DNA of 63,106 bases, filler included, from Octopus bimaculoides (lineage: Eukaryota): the NCBI RefSeq assembly GCF_001194135.2. It is 7 parts of 6 records of this genome, joined end to end, with 100 filler letters (N's around TTAATTAATTAA, not from the genome) between each part and the next. Parts side by side here need not be neighbours in the genome. Positions count along the whole stretch, not along the records: positions 1 to 21,937 come from NC_068983.1; 6 more parts are not named here. The stretch is one strand, 5' to 3'. Shown one piece after another: positions 1 to 14,077 of this stretch; positions within the stretch are counted from its first letter, which is position 1; each line of letters starts with the position of its first letter. Position numbers and translations under genes: made by a program. Below the pieces are notes generated by a model. It saw only the letters and a program-made list of their open reading frames with translations. It had not been told where the DNA came from and made no database searches.

Positions 1-949
1 TATATATATAGTAATCAATGAAATTCCAACCTAGTGCGATTTTTGCGTTTTATTATTTACAATTTCTACAATTTTACAATATTGAAATCATAGAGTGGTA
101 TATAAATATGTTTTGTAATAAAACTAGTTGTTTCATGCGCTACGCAGTCACCAAGTTTATGTAGTGACAGTCATGTTTCACAATTGATAACTGTAGTGAA
201 ATGATTAGATTTCTCCTTTAAATACCACCTGATGCGCTCACTCAGACTTAATCATACGAACTGTATTTTAACCAAATAGTATGTGGCTTAGATGTCACGG
301 CTTAGACGTGGGCACTTGAAAGATTCTTTATTTTGCACGCACCTAAAGAAGTAATTGTTTGGTTATATTTTGGAATGTTGTAAACAAAACTCCTGTTTTC
401 ATTGAATGTTATAAACTGCACACTAGTTACGGTGCGGCTTGAACAGCCTATGATGTTTGATTTTGATATTCTTGAAATATTTCTTCAGATCATTTGGAGA
501 TCCTGTGGCACATACAGCGTTCACAAGGTCGAACTGATAGCTATGTGGGATAATCATTAAAAGTGCCCTATTACGTGTCCTTGTTTGAGATTTAAGTCCA
601 GCTTCGAACAGTCAGATTTTGCAACAAAATATACAAGGAGAAAAACATCTATCAAGTTCCTTTACTATTATTATCCTTTTAATATCTACCACACGACCAA
701 TACACACACACAGGCTTATATTCATGTCTTGTCCATTTGCATGTAAACATAAGAACGAAGTCTCGCTCAAAAATATATAAATGTACAATATGTGTGCGCG
801 AACAACATAGCGGAGATATTAACTTAAACGATATTTACAAATTTGGCCGAGTGGAAAATATGATAATATTGCTTGTAATGAGGTTTTAGTGGCTTTACAA
901 TTGCTATCTCGTTCTTGCATTTGTTTATATTCGATTACTATATTATCAT

Positions 950-957
950 CACCATCG

Positions 958-991
<34 letters not shown>

Positions 992-1021
992 TTTTAGCTA
1001 TTGCTGTTGTTGTTGTTGTTG

Positions 1022-1082
<61 letters not shown>

Positions 1083-1112
1083 CATTATTATCATTATTAT
1101 TATTATTAGTAG
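950..1112. repeat. Compound trinucleotide microsatellite (TTA)n/(TTG)n
   Basis: Direct reading. It generates the spurious poly-I/L/N/Y ORFs at 819-1834. Confidence 0.95.
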
Positions 1113-1792
1113 TAGTAGTATCTTCATATTTTTTTCTAACTCGCTCCTCTTTATTTTCGTCTTTTTCATTAAACATTAGTTCTAAGTTTGTGAACATCAG
1201 TGAATATCTGAGTATATTTGTATTTACCATAAGTGTACGGTTACTGTTTTCCTTTTTAAATAAGAGTTTGAATATTCTTACTATTTTTAATACAGACTCG
1301 TACACACACATGAACATGCATGCTAACATACGCCACAAATGTACAGACGCACACATATTTATTATACATATATTGCACTCATACACACACACACACACAC
1401 ACACGCATATTTATTTATATGTATATGTATATATATGTATATATAAATATTTTATGTATGTATGTATGAATGTATGTATGTATCTATGTCTCTCTCTCTC
1501 TCTCTCTCTCTCTNNNNNNNNNNNNNNNNNNNNNNNNNNNNNNNNNNNNNNNNNNNNNNNNNNNNNNNNNNNNNNNNNNNNNNNNNNNNNNNNNNNNNNN
1601 NNNNNNNNNNNNNNNNNNNNNNNNNNNNNNNNNNNNNNNNNNNNNNNNNNNNNNNNNNNNNNNNNNNNNNNNNNNNNNNNNNNNNNNNNNNNNNNNNNNN
1701 NNNNNNNNNNNNNNNNNNNNNNNNNNNNNNNNNNNNNNNNNNNNNNNNNNNNNNNNNNNNNNNNNNNNNNNNNNNNGGAACTTATGCCAGTG

Positions 1793-1835
<43 letters not shown>

Positions 1836-2053
1836 TTATGATCGGTAGTGGTGTCAATTAGACCCAAAGGTTTCAGGTAATGCTGAGTAAGTGCTATGGA
1901 TAGATCGATCATAGTTAAGCTCCAAGTTCAGTGATTATGCGAATAAGGAGTTCAACGTAGGTCACATTTCAGAGTGTGTATATAAGGGTTTACTTTTCGT
2001 AATGAGATAAAAAAAAATCAAGTCTGTGTATGTTTTAGAACATTTATAAATGG

Positions 2054-2089
<36 letters not shown>

Positions 2090-2092
2090 TTA

Positions 2093-2422
2093 TATGGGTA
2101 GAGGAGGTCACCATCAGTAAACAACATGAAATACGATAACAAATGAGTTAAATACGCAAATAACAAAAGGAAAAAATGGAAAACAAGACAAGTAATAAAA
2201 AGAATACAAAGAACCACCGTTCATAGGTGGTCGGCTGGTTACCTGCTCACAATTTCGTTGATTGCTCGAAATGGGGAAGAGATAGACAACCGACGGCTAA
2301 TGAAGAGTCGTTCTTTATATTGTTTGTACTACCTGTCTTGTTTTCTATTTTTTCCTGTCGTTATTTGTGTATTTGTCGTCGTATTTCATGCTGTTTACTG
2401 CTGGTGACATCCTGTACCCATA
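2093..2422. repeat. Foldback / MITE-like element with long imperfect inverted arms
   Basis: 2093-2214 (tatgggtagaggaggtcaccatcagtaaacaacatgaaatacg...caaagaac) is the diverged reverse complement of 2310-2422 (gttcttt...ctggtgacatcctgtacccata). Weaker pairing continues inward. Confidence 0.75.
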
Positions 2423-2822
2423 TATGCATAGTATAGAAAATATGAAATACCACAAGGTATAGAAAATATTCGCCTTTATATATTTATATATTTAATCCTT
2501 TATATTGAACACTCAATATTTCATCTATTCAATAAGACATATTCCATATATTCAATAAGACATTCAATACTTTATTTCATAGTACCATCCATCTTTATTT
2601 TATATTATATATTGTATATTATATTATATATTGTATATTCCATATTCTATATCCCACATTGGTTTTGCAGGAACATAAATAAAACATAAAAAAACAGACA
2701 GTGTTGGAACTATTTTAAACAAAATAATATATTCCTCTATACACAATCATACCCCCCCTTTTTTGTATTTATTTTTACTGGCACATATATATATATATTT
2801 ATATATATATATATACATTATC

Positions 2823-2854
<32 letters not shown>

Positions 2855-3484
2855 NNNNNNNNNNNNNNNNNNNNNNNNNNNNNNNNNNNNNNNNNNNNNN
2901 NNNNNNNNNNNNNNNNNNNNNNNNNNNNNNNNNNNNNNNNNNNNNNNNNNNNNNNNNNNNNNNNNNNNNNNNNNNNNNNNNNNNNNNNNNNNNNNNNNNN
3001 NNNNNNNNNNNNNNNNNNNNNNNNNNNNNNNNNNNNNNNNNNNNNNNNNNNNNNNNNNNNNNNNNNNNNNNNNNNNNNNNNNNNNNNNNNNNNNNNNNNN
3101 NNNNNNNNNNNNNNNNNNNNNNNNNNNNNNNNNNNNNNNNNNNNNNNNNNNNNNNNNNNNNNNNNNNNNNNNNNNNNNNNNNNNNNNNNNNNNNNNNNNN
3201 NNNNNNNNNNNNNNNNNNNNNNNNNNNNNNNNNNNNNNNNNNNNNNNNNNNNNNNNNNNNNNNNNNNNNNNNNNNNNNNNNNNNNNNNNNNNNNNNNNNN
3301 NNNNNNNNNNNNNNNNNNNNNNNNNNNNNNNNNNNNNNNNNNNNNNNNNNNNNNNNNNNNNNNNNNNNNNNNNNNNNNNNNNNNNNNNNNNNNNNNNNNN
3401 NNNNNNNNNNNNNNNNNTATATATATATATATATATATATATTGGAAGAAGGGGAGTAAACCTCAAGTATCACCATCCATTAGA

Positions 3485-3534
3485 CCACCAGACCGTACGG
3501 TTTCGACCTCCTTGTGGTCATCTTCGGTGTGGAC
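3485..3534 (-). ncRNA. Minimal type I hammerhead ribozyme motif, PLE-type, with core substitution U4C (probably inactive)
   Basis: Minus strand: tccaca-CCGAAGA-t-gacc(acaagga)ggtc-GAAA-ccgtacgg-TC-tggtgg. Palindromic stem III, GUC triplet and stem I with one bulge. Confidence 0.65.
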
Positions 3535-5434
3535 ACTCGTCCCCTAGAGATAGTGGTATATATATATATATATATACATGCACACATATATATACATATA
3601 TATATAAAGAAAGAGAAAGAGAGAGAGAAAGAAAGAGAGAGATAGAAAGAAAGAGAGATAGAAAGAAAGAGAGAGAGAAAGAGAGAGATAGTTATGTAGA
3701 TAGATAAATAGATAGATAAAGGAAAGAGCCAAGCATGAAAGTGAAGGAAGAAAGTGAACGTCAAGCAATCCGTCGAAAATATAAACAATAACTTTCAGGA
3801 GCAACAGTGGTTTACTGGTGGGGAAGGTCGTGAGTTTTTCCCATATCAAAGTCCGAGAAGCTGGAAAAAATTGTATTTACTGTTGGCAACCAGAGTTGCT
3901 GAGTATGCGAATAAAAATCCAAATATTAAGGAATGGAGTAGATAAAATTCAGGCTACATATATTTCATAGCAAGCGGAACCTCGGAAGTAGTAATTACCC
4001 AAGCGTGGTGTATACCACAGGCTACTCTTCAGGCCAAGGGTACCTTGATTATATGAAGTAATCTGTTAGGAGATCCATGCTAACTCACGGAGGATTCGAT
4101 GAAAATGCGTAGAACGCACAGTTTGAGTGTGGGGAATATAAGTGTGAAGAGAAATTAAGAATGTGAGAAAAGAAAAAAGAAAATGTATAAGGGAGTGAGA
4201 AAATTTAGAAGTAAATAATTTAAGCGGTGTTATTTAACTGATGGTTTCCAATAGGGCTATATTTTTGTAGTCTAATATACTGATTCATAGAATCATGGAA
4301 ATCTCCTCTAGTGGACCCGGCTAGCAGTCCACATTGTTATCCAATACAAGGAATATAATGCTGAAATTTATGTAGCTGAAATACTGGAGATTCGATCGAT
4401 GAGATTTTTCATGAGGAGAAAAAAAGCCATAAAAGTCAGGATGTATGAGGGGTGAATAGATTTATTTAGCCATTTGTCATTTTTAGGGCGACAAGCGTTT
4501 CGCAGCCTTTATCATGTAATAATTATTTCAGTGCATAATAGTTATAATAGTTATTTTATACGTCTGCACTAATACCATGCTACGCATTATAGCATACAAT
4601 TGTGTATTTACAAATCAGTGCAGATAATGGGAGCTATATGTATTAGTAATAAAAAAAGAAATATTAATAATAACAACAGCAACAACAATAATGATGATGA
4701 TGATAGAGTACATCTGTTTTTGTTTAGTTAGGTGGGTGTATGTATAATCGTTTGTGTGTGTGTGCAGGCGGGCGCACGCACGTATGTGGGTATACATATC
4801 GAAGTTTGTGTACAGAAACCGTATGTTGTCAAATTTATAGACTTCAAGAAACCTTCCACGAAGAATCTCTATGGAAGATTGTCACACTGCAGTAAGTATA
4901 CCGCTGCTGTTTCAATCTTATGTGGTCACTTTATTAATGAACAAATCATGGACACAGGTAGACGTCTATCATCGCCATAGAGGTGCATCACTGGTCTGTA
5001 CCGTTTCACTTTTTATGTATGTAGATGGTAGCTTTCCTCATGAAAAGCTTCACGGATGATCAAGCATACAATATTCAACGAGAACAGAGAAGCTCTGCAG
5101 ACCTTGATTTCGCGAGTAATGTAGGATTCATTTTTACCACATCAACGGCAAAGCGAGTCATAAACACCAGTCTCAACAATAGCAGCAAATAAAACAAAGC
5201 CAACACAAATGAAAATGTTGATTATAGGTGAAGATAAAGAAAGAACATGTCTAGCTGGCTTGCTTACTACCAGAAACTGTTCATCTATTGTGACGGGAGA
5301 AAACTTCCATCCACCGAGTCCCCAAGTGACGGGCCTCAGATATGAAGGTTAGTTGTGAATATAAAAATAAATAGTCCCGGGCCAAACATACCTAGAGGAG
5401 TAAACCGCAATGAAATATAAAATATAAAAAAGTT

Positions 5435-5673
5435 AAGGTGGTGAGCTGGCAGAAACGTTAGCGCGCCGGGCAAAATGCTTAGCGGTATTTCGTCCGCCGC
5501 TATGTTCTGAGTTCAAATTCCGCCGAGGTTGACTTTACCTTTCACCCTTTCGGGGTCGATTAAATAAGTACCAGTTACGCACTGTGGTCGATATAATCGA
5601 CTTAATCCGTTTGTCTGTCTTTGTTTGTCCCCTCTGTGTGTAGCCTCTTGTGGGCAATATAGAAATAAGAAAT
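5435..5673 (+). mobile_element. tRNA-derived SINE, family 1 (near full length)
   Basis: Head ggtgagctggcagaaacgttagc (A-box-like) and gttcaaattcc (B-box). The same body recurs at 16662, 16909, 42975, 54670, 55030 and 58950. Confidence 0.85.
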
Positions 5674-5789
5674 ATAAAATCCCAGCCTTGAATTGTGAGA
5701 AGTTGGTATGCGGTGAATGCAAGCTTCAAGAAACCGATTCATTGGATCTGCGCAATTATTGCTTCACCGTTGATCTTGTCTCTACTAAA

Positions 5790-6470
5790 GTGGGATTGCA
5801 ACCTACATGAAGAGTATGCGACTCCTGTCAGTATCCAACTACTGAACCACCAAAACGACAGGCCTAGGTTGGAACCCGTCCATAAAACAACCGTTGGATC
5901 TTTCACCTGATTGAGCAATAAACCCGCAAACGAGGAAAATTCAGAAAGTGATGTGGTGAAAAGGCTTAGCAACGATGCAGATATTTTCCACTGCTTGCAC
6001 ACGTCCATTGTCCAGCTAATTACGTCTTAAGCTTGGAAGAAGAAGAAGAAGGAGAAGAAGAAGAAGAAGAAGAAGAAGAAGAAGAAGAAGAAGAAGAAGA
6101 AGAAGAAGAAGAAGAAGAAGAAGAAGAAGAAGAAGAAGAAGAAGAAGAAGAAGAAGAAGAAGAAGACATTCAGAGTGTAGATGTCTTCCACAGACTTTAC
6201 TTAGAACATTTGGGCTCGACCTTTTCACGATTGAAGGAGTACTGTAGAGAACTGGGCTGAGCAACTCCTAGAATGCCAACGAAGTGAGACAACAGTGTAT
6301 GATCGACCATTTGCTTGGTATGCCTATGAAGATATCGGTGAAACCTCTCTGAAATGGAAGCCAGAAAAGTGGCGCATGGGGCAAAGCATACCTGCAAATG
6401 TGTGGTTTATGACGGTGGAGGAAGACCAGGCTGACACGAGCCTCCTCTAGGAAAAAACTCAAGACATGCC
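5790..6470 (+). mobile_element. Highly degenerate RTE-like LINE 3' relic interrupted by (GAA)n at 6036-6165
   Basis: Broken translations FT*LSNKPANEENSESDVVKRL, VDVFHRLYLEHLG and WKPEKWRMGQSIPANVWFMTVEED resemble post-RT C-terminal motifs of RTE-type ORF2. Multiple stops and frameshifts. Confidence 0.45.
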
Positions 6471-7654
6471 TTGCGATGATTATCTATGGGGATCAGGAAG
6501 ATCTAAGATAAATATATGCATACAAACATACAAACACACATAGGTGCTTACGTACATATATATATATATATACATATATATTTTAATACGTATGTATATA
6601 CGCACATAATTATAATCATATGCTCTTATGTAAGTACTATGTATGTGTGTGTATATACGTACATATATATATATATATATATATATGTATACATATATAT
6701 GTGTATATATATATACATGCATACATACATACATACACGCACATACATATGTATATATAACTTATAGTTGTGTCTACCTGTGTATGTGTAAAAGTGAGTG
6801 TATATGTGTGCATGCGTTCGTGTAATCTGTTATCCGTACCCTCAGTGCTAAAATGCCATTACTTAGATGTGCTAAGTAAGTATATCCATTTTCATTATAT
6901 TCGATGTTTCACTAGATTAAAATATCGTAATGAGTTTTGATATTAAGCAGGGCACTACTTAACGTTAACTAACATCTGGGATAAAATAGAAGCGTTTCAA
7001 AACTTGGCAACGTTTTGAAAATAACCGCATTTTACCGGAAATAGTGGTTGTTATAAGTACCTTAAAGCATGAATAAATCCTACACATATCTGGTTTTGTT
7101 ATTGCTGTTGTTATTAGTACAAGAAATGCAATAAAAATATTGACAAAAATTAAAAGGTAAAATAAAATGTGATTTGTTATTAGTATTATTAAAGGAAATA
7201 TAATAAATTTGGGTGGGAGAATGGAAGAAACATTAGGGCGTCGAACAAACTGTCTTGTGGTATTGCTGCTGAAATTTTACGTAATGGGTTCAAATCCTGC
7301 TGAGGTTAAGTTCGCCTTTTATACCTCAAGGGGTCAATAAAATGATTACACTCTAACTCTGTAAGTAAAAACTGAACAAGTAACATTTCAGCAAATAAAC
7401 CTAAGTGTGTGTGTGTATGTGCATATATATGTATATCTGTGTGTGTGAGTATGTGTGTGTATGTGTATAGATGTGTGTGTATGCCAATGATAGTGCTTGC
7501 TAAGTTGTGGCACTTCCTGAAATGTTATTTGTTCAGTTTTTACTTGCTGTGTTATAGTGCTCCCCTATAAAATACTGTCCCAGTCTTGTAGTGATGTCTG
7601 TCGTACCTATTTACCCAATCTAAAACCGACCTTTTGCATAAATTAGAAACCAAA

Positions 7655-7866
7655 GTGCCAATCTGGCAGGATCGTTGCTGTGTCGGGAATTGTTTAGCGG
7701 CGTTTGTTCCGGCTCTTTGCATTTTGAGTTCAAACATCACCGACGTTAACCTTTCCTTTCATCCCTCCAGGATCGATAAATTACGGTATAAACCAAATAC
7801 TAGGATCAAAGGAGCCGACTAATTCCTTCTACATCAAAATCACTGGCCTTGTGCCTAAATTAGAAG
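7655..7866 (+). mobile_element. Degenerate SINE (family 1-related)
   Basis: ctggcaggatcgttgc...gagttcaaacatcaccgacgttaacctttcctttcatccctccaggatcgataaa matches the family 1 layout. Confidence 0.65.
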
Positions 7867-7904
7867 CATGGAATATTATTACTCACTTACCTTATTCTTT
7901 ATCA

Positions 7905-8117
7905 AGTTTTCAGCTCTATGTGCCTTGGGTATGTGTTGTGGTTTGTTTTTGATATTGTTATTATTGGTGTATTCAAAGTGCTCTAAATAGGACGTGTACG
8001 AGTCTTAGTAGTGCTATTTTCCGCATGTTATATATATTCGCAAGTCCTGGTTATATATTTGCTTGAATGTTTTTGCGACCATACCTAAAACACCTATTAT
8101 TATAGGCTTCCTTATAC
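7905..8117 (-). mobile_element. R4/Dong-like RLE-LINE 3' end fragment
   Basis: Minus translation PIIIGVLGMVAKTF...PGLANIYNMRKIALLRLVHVLFRAL. Homologous to 17161-17541. Confidence 0.75.
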
Positions 8118-8204
8118 CTATAAGATAATAGATATATAATTATTGTTATTGCTGTTATTGTTGTTGTTGTTGTTGTTGTTGTTGTTCTTCTTCTTCTTCT
8201 TCTT

Positions 8205-8235
<31 letters not shown>

Positions 8236-8896
8236 TTATTATTATTATTATTAGTATTACTATTATTGTTAACTTTGTTGTCGTNNNNNNNNNNNNNNNN
8301 NNNNNNNNNNNNNNNNNNNNNNNNNNNNNNNNNNNNNNNNNNNNNNNNNNNNNNNNNNNNNNNNNNNNNNNNNNNNNNNNNNNNNNNNNNNNNNNNNNNN
8401 NNNNNNNNNNNNNNNNNNNNNNNNNNNNNNNNNNNNNNNNNNNNNNNNNNNNNNNNNNNNNNNNNNNNNNNNNNNNNNNNNNNNNNNNNNNNNNNNNNNN
8501 NNNNNNNNNNNNNNNNNNNNNNNNNNNNNNNNNNNNNNNNNNNNNNNNNNNNNNNNNNNNNNNNNNNNNNNNNNNNNNNNNNNNNNNNNNNNNNNNNNNN
8601 NNNNNNNNNNNNNNNNNNNNNNNNNNNNNNNNNNNNNNNNNNNNNNNNNNNNNNNNNNNNNNNNNNNNNNNNNNNNNNNNNNNNNNNNNNNNNNNNNNNN
8701 NNNNNNNNNNNNNNNNNNNNNNNNNNNNNNNNNNNNNNNNNNNNNNNNNNNNNNNNNNNNNNNNNNNNNNNNNNNNNNNNNNNNNNNNNNNNNNNNNNNN
8801 NNNNNNNNNNNNNNNNNNNNNNNNNNNNNNNNNNNNNNNNNNNNNNNNNNNNNNNNNNNNNNNNNNNNNNNNNNNNNNNNNNNNNNNNNNNNNNNN

Positions 8897-9096
<200 letters not shown>

Positions 9097-9214
9097 GTAT
9101 TACTATTATTGTTAACTTTGTTGTCGTATTTGTTATCTACTGATAATCTTTTTTATTTGATAACTTACTCAGTATCAAAGAAAAAATATACTGTATAGGA
9201 AACGTGTTTATGTG

Positions 9215-9830
9215 TTGCGAAGCATTTTGTATACCATTTGCCTTACGTTTACTATTGCCTGATATGAAAGCATGGCTGCATATGTTTGCTGTGTATGCTG
9301 TGCATTCGTTATCGCGTACCTAAGTCGGTGTGCAAGTGTGCACTCACGAGCATCTGAGTCATCAACTCATTGTCCTCGAAGACTGTCCATTATTGGACCA
9401 AGCAAATGAAAGTCGTACAGCGCGGAATCTGAATTTTATGGTTGATGGAAGATCACTGACCAGACCACTTTTTGCCTAGAATAATATTTTATTGTGTGAT
9501 GTCGTGCGAGATGTCGTGCGAGATGTCGTGCGCTGTCGTTGTAAATATAGCTCTCTGTATCCTAATGGGTTCCCTAAAGTTTTTAGTATCTACTATATTG
9601 TTTGATGTTCACGGTACAGCCACATTCTAAAACGTCAAGGAAAACGATGCTCTTGTTATCATCCAAAGCAGTTAGGATAATATTCTGCACCTATCACTAG
9701 CTCTCGAAAATCTTAGGTCTTGGAGAAGTGGTGTGACGCCATTCCACAGACTGAACCTTCGATTTAGGATCATAAAGACACGCTCATGCTTCACCAGATG
9801 GAAAAAAAGATGTCTTCACTGGCTTCAAAC
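9215..9830 (-). mobile_element. Mariner transposase relic
   Basis: Minus translations YDPKSKVQSVEWRHTTSPRPK (cf. mariner YDPETKQQS.EW) and P*NSDSALYDFHLLGPI (cf. PYSPDLAPSDFHLF). Many stops and frameshifts. Confidence 0.75.
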
Positions 9831-12075
9831 AAAAGGTAGCATAACAAAACAGACTTCCACCTTTCACGGTTTCGAATCACGTGTTTGGTGGTAAGTTACC
9901 CACATTACATGTACTATCCAATCTCTAAAATCTTCCGCCAGATTCTCTAATACATTGTGACTACCACAGTGTAGTATCACAGTAACCTTACATGTGACTC
10001 GTCAGGCGATTCATGTCTGGGTTGTAGATAGTGGATTGTTACTGCGTTGTTTGTCTTCAATGCTAGTGTCCTCTTCCCTAAATTTCCTCGATTTGTTCAC
10101 ATTACTCATCAATATCTGTAATAAATTTCAGATTGAAATTACCAGAAAAGAGAAGAAAATATATATCATTATGTGCACCAGAGAATCAGATACTTTTATA
10201 TCCACATAAGTAATATCATGGAATAAGTTGACAAGACAGCAGTTACAAATCTCGCTAAAATGTACGTTGATTATAAAGTTACATTTTGAAAGTAATAATA
10301 AACACGAAGTATGTTACTGAAAACGGTTACATCAATGAACCATTAACGAGAGTCTTTTTCCTCCTAACCTAAAATTTTATGTTGGATAATGGAAAGGGAA
10401 TTACTTTCAGGAATGAGATCAGAAAAATACAGCACAGACTCCGAAAGTAGAGCATACGCAACTTAAAACCAAAAGTTCCATTAAAGTTGAGAAATCTCTG
10501 CCAACAGAAAGGTACAAGGAAGATGCCGAACAAATATTTAGCTATAAAAGTTGAGGTTGTACAGGAAATCACTCAATATATCTGAAAATACTATGGATAG
10601 TGGAAATAGTACACAAAATTGTTTCGTGTAGCAAAGGAAAATCTTGTTGCTGTTGCTGGAAAAAACATTACTTTTCAGAAAAATATAAACCGGCTGCGTG
10701 TTTAAACATTTTGTAAAAGCATTAAGTAAATTACTTTAAAATATTATGAGTCCAACGAGGTAATAACTTCTAAGAGGGTTATCAGAAAGGAATGAAGCGT
10801 GAGGATGTAATCCGTAACTTTTCATTGATAAATCTGTACTATCTGGAAAAAACAAACAAACAAGTAAAACAAAGAATAACAACAAAACAAAGCAAAAGCG
10901 TGAAAATATAACATTATTACAAAAGGCTGTTTGATTTTATTGTTCATGGATGTTTGTTACAAATATCAATGCTGGAAATGAGAGTTGCCGCTGTTTATGG
11001 AGACACTGAAATAATTGTGAGGTCCACATCGAACATTACAGTTATTTTAAATGAAGGTACACTTTATGTTGACGTGATGCTATGGAAATTTCAGACTGCA
11101 TATTCTAAAGAGACAATGGGTGCTTGAATGAGTGCTACGCGTGCTTCTTTTTATATCAACTCAGAGCCCACTATCTCTATCTTTTCTATGAAAATAATCT
11201 GAAGGTTAGATGCGACTATAGGACAACAACAACAATTTCATAATTTTTCTTTATTTATCAATATGTAGAATACTATACGTAACTTTTTTGTGAGTTAGAT
11301 TTTAGCGTTTCAAGTTGTTGAAGTTGTTCCAATTTATAAGATTTTTACTTTCTAAATCATTCGACACGAAACGAAGTCGTTTTGTTTATTTTCTGCATTT
11401 GTCTCATATGAAATAGTTTTGTAAATTATTCAGCAGTGTTTCTACTCTTTTGCTTATAAGAGCACCTCTATCTAGTTGCTCTCTTTGTCTTTTATATTTG
11501 GAAGTTCATTCTAAATGCTTAACTAATCTCATCTTGGGTATAATAAAATGCAATATGATTCGCATACGTTACGCTGGACGACGGAAACTAAAACAACAAA
11601 CCGAATGGGAGTGAGTGACTGTCAGAGAGGCTATATGCAGCTGAAATGTAATGGGATGTTTTGCACATGAAGTCATCGGTATTTTAATCAATATAACATT
11701 AATTTTGATCGTAGGTTATCATAAATTCATTTTATCAGTTTCACGCACACATACACGCGCACACACACAAACACACATACACGCACACACGCACACACAC
11801 TCGTGCACGCACGCACATACACATACAGACACACACAAGTATATACAAAATTGAATTTTGAGTTCCTTTGTTTTAAAAGTATTTTAATCGAAGATAGAAA
11901 GATAGATAATTGGTGCATATGGTGTTTCATTCAAGCACACCTAAGCAATGAAATAAAGGTATTAATAGATCTTTTACATGATTGAAGCTGATAGTTTTGT
12001 GAGCCAGGTTGGAAATCCCTATGAAGCGCTGGAACTAACGAAATGTGTCCAAATAAATAATACATGAGAAGGGAA

Positions 12076-12868
12076 AAATATCGACTCATCGATGGTGTAT
12101 TACATCACATTTTGATTTTTATATATTTACCCTCCAAAAGTATGAGCTTTCAATGAGCAAGAAAATACAGTGAATCTTGTAATCACGTAATGAGCAATTA
12201 AAATTATCAGTCGCGTAATTAGAAATGCAACAGTTGCATCCTGTTAAATATGAAGGTTTATTTTTCTGTGGGATGGTGCTTTCGTTGGAAATATATACGT
12301 ATACTAACATTTGTAGGAAATGCTGCTTTGTAAGAAATGTAAAAATTATTCCGACGTTGTGTACATAAATATATTTTAACAGGAGAATTATACATGGAAA
12401 TATCACTAAATGTGGATATAATGAGTTCATAAGAGTTACCTGCGACAGAAAAATAAAACGTGCACTCTTTATAGACATTAGCTGCTTAGAGGATGTAAAC
12501 GTTTACTTAAACATAAGAGACAGAAATAAAATTTAGGGACAAATGCTTCGAAATCTAAAAGTCCTTTAACCTAATTATAGATTCACCTTTGTAGGTGTAT
12601 TCCTTAATGCGTTTGGTTAATTTATTAAATGTTTATAAATAAACATGATCGTTTTAGATTTTCAGATAACGAATTTCATAAGCTCTGTAAAATATCGACT
12701 CATCGATACATCACATTTTTATTTTTATATATTTACCTTCCAAAAGTATGAGCTTTTAAAGAAACAAGAACATACAACGAATTATTTAATTGTAACGAGC
12801 AGTTACAATTGCGAGTCGCCTAATTAGAAATACAGCAGCTGCTTTCCACAAAATATGAAAGTTTATTT
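12076..12868 (+). repeat. Diverged direct duplication of about 190 bp (12076-12262 and 12689-12868)
   Basis: Both copies begin aaatatcgactcatcgat and share tatatatttacc.tccaaaagtatgagcttt and taattagaaat.ca.cag.tgc. Confidence 0.8.
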
Positions 12869-13848
12869 GTGTACGCGGAATAATGAATTTATGCAAGATT
12901 TTTCTAAAGTCTATGATGTGACTGTAATATGATTATTGAAGCATTATGTATTGTTTGTAAAGAATAAAATCTTTTGAATGACACAACAATGCACTATAAT
13001 ACAAACAATGGACTATAATAACTGTTGTAATTTAATCACCCATAGTCTGATATGATATTTCGGAATAAAAATTCCTTCTTCAGATATCCCTAGAAATTGA
13101 TAGAGTCGATTATAGTTGTGTCATTCAAAATATTTTATTGATGTCTAAATTCAAATGATAGGATACTGTTGTGTATTTTCATATATAATGTAGTCAGAGG
13201 AATAGGAGTAGCAGAGAACTCTAACGCTGATGTAAGGAACAGAGAACGTTTTCCTCGGGAAAAGAATACATTCCATTAAAGGCATCCAAAAGTTAAATAG
13301 TGGTTGTGAATTGGACAATGGGTTAAATATGTAGCACACAAATACTGGAACTATCGTTGCTACAGGTTTATTACCAGTTCCCGTCCACCAAATTCTAAAT
13401 ACAAAGCCCATGAAGCTACGGTAAAAGGCACTTAGCATAGGTGTGCCGTTCAATGGGGTTCAACCCCAAAATGCGAAGCAAACTTTTTAACTGTACATCC
13501 TTATCTGCGTCTAATCTACTTATTACGATATTAATTAAAAAAGAAAACAAAACAACACATACATATGTTGATATGTATATATGCAAATACAACCACTAAT
13601 AAAAACACAGATCCATCGGTCTTTTTTCATGTTCTAACTTTAAGTCTACTTGTGTATTCATAAATTTGTCATCTTTTATTTTCAATAATCTATTCATTTA
13701 TATACGTATATTTTCTCAGTCTGTCTTCCTGTTAGTCAGTCTGTCTGTCTATCTACCAGTTTTATTCACTATAAACCATGAATACCGTCTACTTCTCTCA
13801 CTGTGTATCTAACTGCCTATTTTTCGTATACTGACTCCATTTATTTAA

Positions 13849-13852
<4 letters not shown>

Positions 13853-13911
<59 letters not shown>

Positions 13912-13930
13912 TGCTCTCTCTTTCCCTGTC

Positions 13931-13977
<47 letters not shown>

Positions 13978-14000
13978 GTTTGTCTGTTTCTGTCTGTTTG

Positions 14001-14066
<66 letters not shown>

Positions 14067-14077
14067 CATCTATCTAT
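13853..14077. repeat. (CT)n / (CTAT)n microsatellite
   Basis: Direct reading. Confidence 0.95.

Noticed and set aside
110-620. Possible PLE relic and hammerhead-like tgcg-tag-cgca/GAAAC motif on the minus strand near 125-160
   Set aside because: The core has two or more mismatches, stem I does not pair, and peptide similarity is too weak to support.
819-1912. Long ORFs of poly-I/L/N/Y/X here and throughout the ORF track
   Set aside because: They are translations of microsatellites and N gaps, not genes.
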